Of a stretch of 64,000 nt of DNA, positions 62,450 to 64,000 are shown piece by piece. The position numbers and the translations under genes were made by a program. The notes beneath the pieces are model-generated. The model saw only the letters and a program-made list of their open reading frames with translations. It searched no databases and was not told where the DNA came from. How positions within the stretch are numbered: the stretch's first letter is position 1; each line of letters opens with the position of its first letter. This DNA comes from Podarcis filfolensis (Eukaryota): the NCBI GenBank assembly GCA_964270895.1, contig OZ185438.1; one strand, 5' to 3'.

Positions 62450-62660
62450 TTATTAAATCTGTACACCGCCCTTCATATGAAGAGCACAGGGCGGTTCACA
62501 GCATAAAAATGCAAGATGAGAACACAAAAGACATAATAAAACAAGGAAAAAAAGACAAACCAATAACTTCCCTCCCACAGACACAAAGAACAGGCCATTG
62601 ACCAAAATAAGAAAAGGTAAGGCAGACACCGTAACAAGCAAATCCAAGCTGGTTCAATGA
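62450..62660 (-). mobile_element. L2-type LINE 3' end
   Basis: TTATTTATTAAATCTGTACACCGCCC...AGGGCGGTTCACAG. Confidence 0.65.
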
Positions 62661-63766
62661 GCTGAAGCAAAAGGTTTTTATCCTCCCCTGTTACAAATGA
62701 GAAGGGGGGGGGGGACACCATATTTTAATGCTTTACCCAGGCTACCCAATTTTGAATGGGTACATTGGGTACTATCTCACAGTGATATTCTGGGTAATAA
62801 AGGTTCAGGCTTTATGCTATGGCTGTTTGCCTGGACTGGAGTATGGGCTGTATTCTACAAGATAGAAAAGAGGGGAAGGGTAGGGACAGAGCTATCGGCA
62901 TTTGTCTATTTAGGCAAACAGCCATTTATTTGTAGTGTATGTTTTTTGTCTCTAGTGCTCTTATACAACATGAAGGTGGAGCCACCATCCTGCACATTGT
63001 AAATGCCTCTATGTGAGAGCCCCGTTATTCTCTAAGTGTGCTCCTCTTCTTCCTGAGATGGGTTTTTAAAAGCTGTACTTCACATGCAGACTATATGAAA
63101 AGAAGGCATTATCTGTTTTTGCACCAATTAACAACTTATTTTTGGTTGATCAAAGCCTATTGTTTCTAATTTTAAAGTGAAAGCATAATTGTTCCACCTA
63201 CATTTTGCCTCTCTGCATGTATTATAATTTGAATAATAGAAGAATAATTGCAGTGCTAATTGAGTGTACTATAGCCTGTGCATTTTTATGAACAAATTGA
63301 GGTCGTATAGAAATTAGCTTCTGAATATTTTAGAAGTGACCTGCTACTGCATTAGGATTGGATTTCCAAAATTTGCCTTTGGTTTACAGAGCAATAAAAA
63401 TGCCACCAGTAGCATTATTTCTTGGCTTGGGTTCCTTCATTTGCAAAATGGGAGTAATGGTCTATTCAAGGGATATTTTTTTGGTCAGAATTAAGAGGGC
63501 GCTTTGGGAAAGCATTACAGTGACCTGACCCTAAAAGGAATACTCACGCTCCTGCCACTCAGTCTCATCTCTGTCCAAAACAGGATAAATGCAGTACTGT
63601 AGTTTGGAATAATTTATCTGATTCTTAAGCATATTTCAATCAAGGGTAATTACCAGAAGATGACATTTCTTTTTATGCAAGGTTCTCAACTCCATCTCGC
63701 CATACTGATAATTGTAACCAGAGCAAAGTCCCTATATTTCATTGTAGTTTAGGTAAAAAAAAAGGT

Positions 63767-63786
63767 AAGGTAAAGGACCCCTGGAC
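63767..63786 (-). mobile_element. Extreme 3' tail of a Sauria SINE or BovB-type LINE
   Basis: GTCCAGGGGTCCTTTACCTT is identical (20/20) to the end of the 59670-60057 SINE. Confidence 0.75.
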
Positions 63787-63806
63787 ATACCTTTTCATTC
63801 CTGTTA

Positions 63807-63944
63807 CTACTGTTCAGCTCTTGGGACAAATTTCAGCTCACTCTTTACATTCTGGATCTCTGACAGGTTTACAGCTGGGCCAGGTAATTTCTTGGCTCCT
63901 GGGAGCACCTTTTTCTTTTCCTCCTCTGAAGCAGTTGGAAGGCT
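63807..63944 (-). CDS. SMPX: SMPX last coding exon (exon spans 63791-63944)
   Basis: Acceptor ttttttgtccgcag|. Reads [45 protein letters not shown], matching human [31 protein letters not shown]. Donor AAG|GTATGT 16 nt after the stop. Confidence 0.95.
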   Translation of the reverse strand, partial: SLPTASEEEKKKVLPGAKKLPGPAVNLSEIQNVKSELKFVPRAEQ

Positions 63945-64000
63945 CTGCGGACAAAAAAACCCAGCTACCTCAAACTAATACACTGGGTGATGTTTCCATT

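Overview
Vertebrate (squamate) genomic DNA. Sauria-type SINEs with ACCTTT tails and CR1/L2/RTE relics point to a lizard, probably lacertid-like (inference). The window holds the conserved gene order known from human Xp22.12: the 3' end of CNKSR2 (+; coding exons 1-131, 27261-27457, 28320-28535, ending in the PDZ-binding motif ETHV), intronless KLHL34 (-; 34491-36266), and the 3' end of SMPX (-; last coding exon 63791-63944, probable non-coding terminal exon about 48925-49226). The rest is intron or intergenic DNA rich in SINEs, LINE fragments, hAT and Tc1/pogo MITEs and microsatellites. No prokaryotic-type system (CRISPR, operon) is present. Best leads: (1) the 27-kb CNKSR2 intron carries several splice-competent mini-exons that would switch the protein's C-terminus, notably a 20-nt exon frame-equivalent to the 197-nt penultimate exon and an exon ending in a new PDZ motif (-TSKV); (2) two TSD-flanked 1.1 and 1.6 kb L1-like non-autonomous retroelements, one with a near-consensus CTCF site at its 5' end; (3) a long hairpin downstream of the KLHL34 stop; (4) a SINE/LINE tail overlapping the SMPX splice donor; (5) nested transposon insertions. 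All gene and repeat names come from recall of family sequences, not from database searches.
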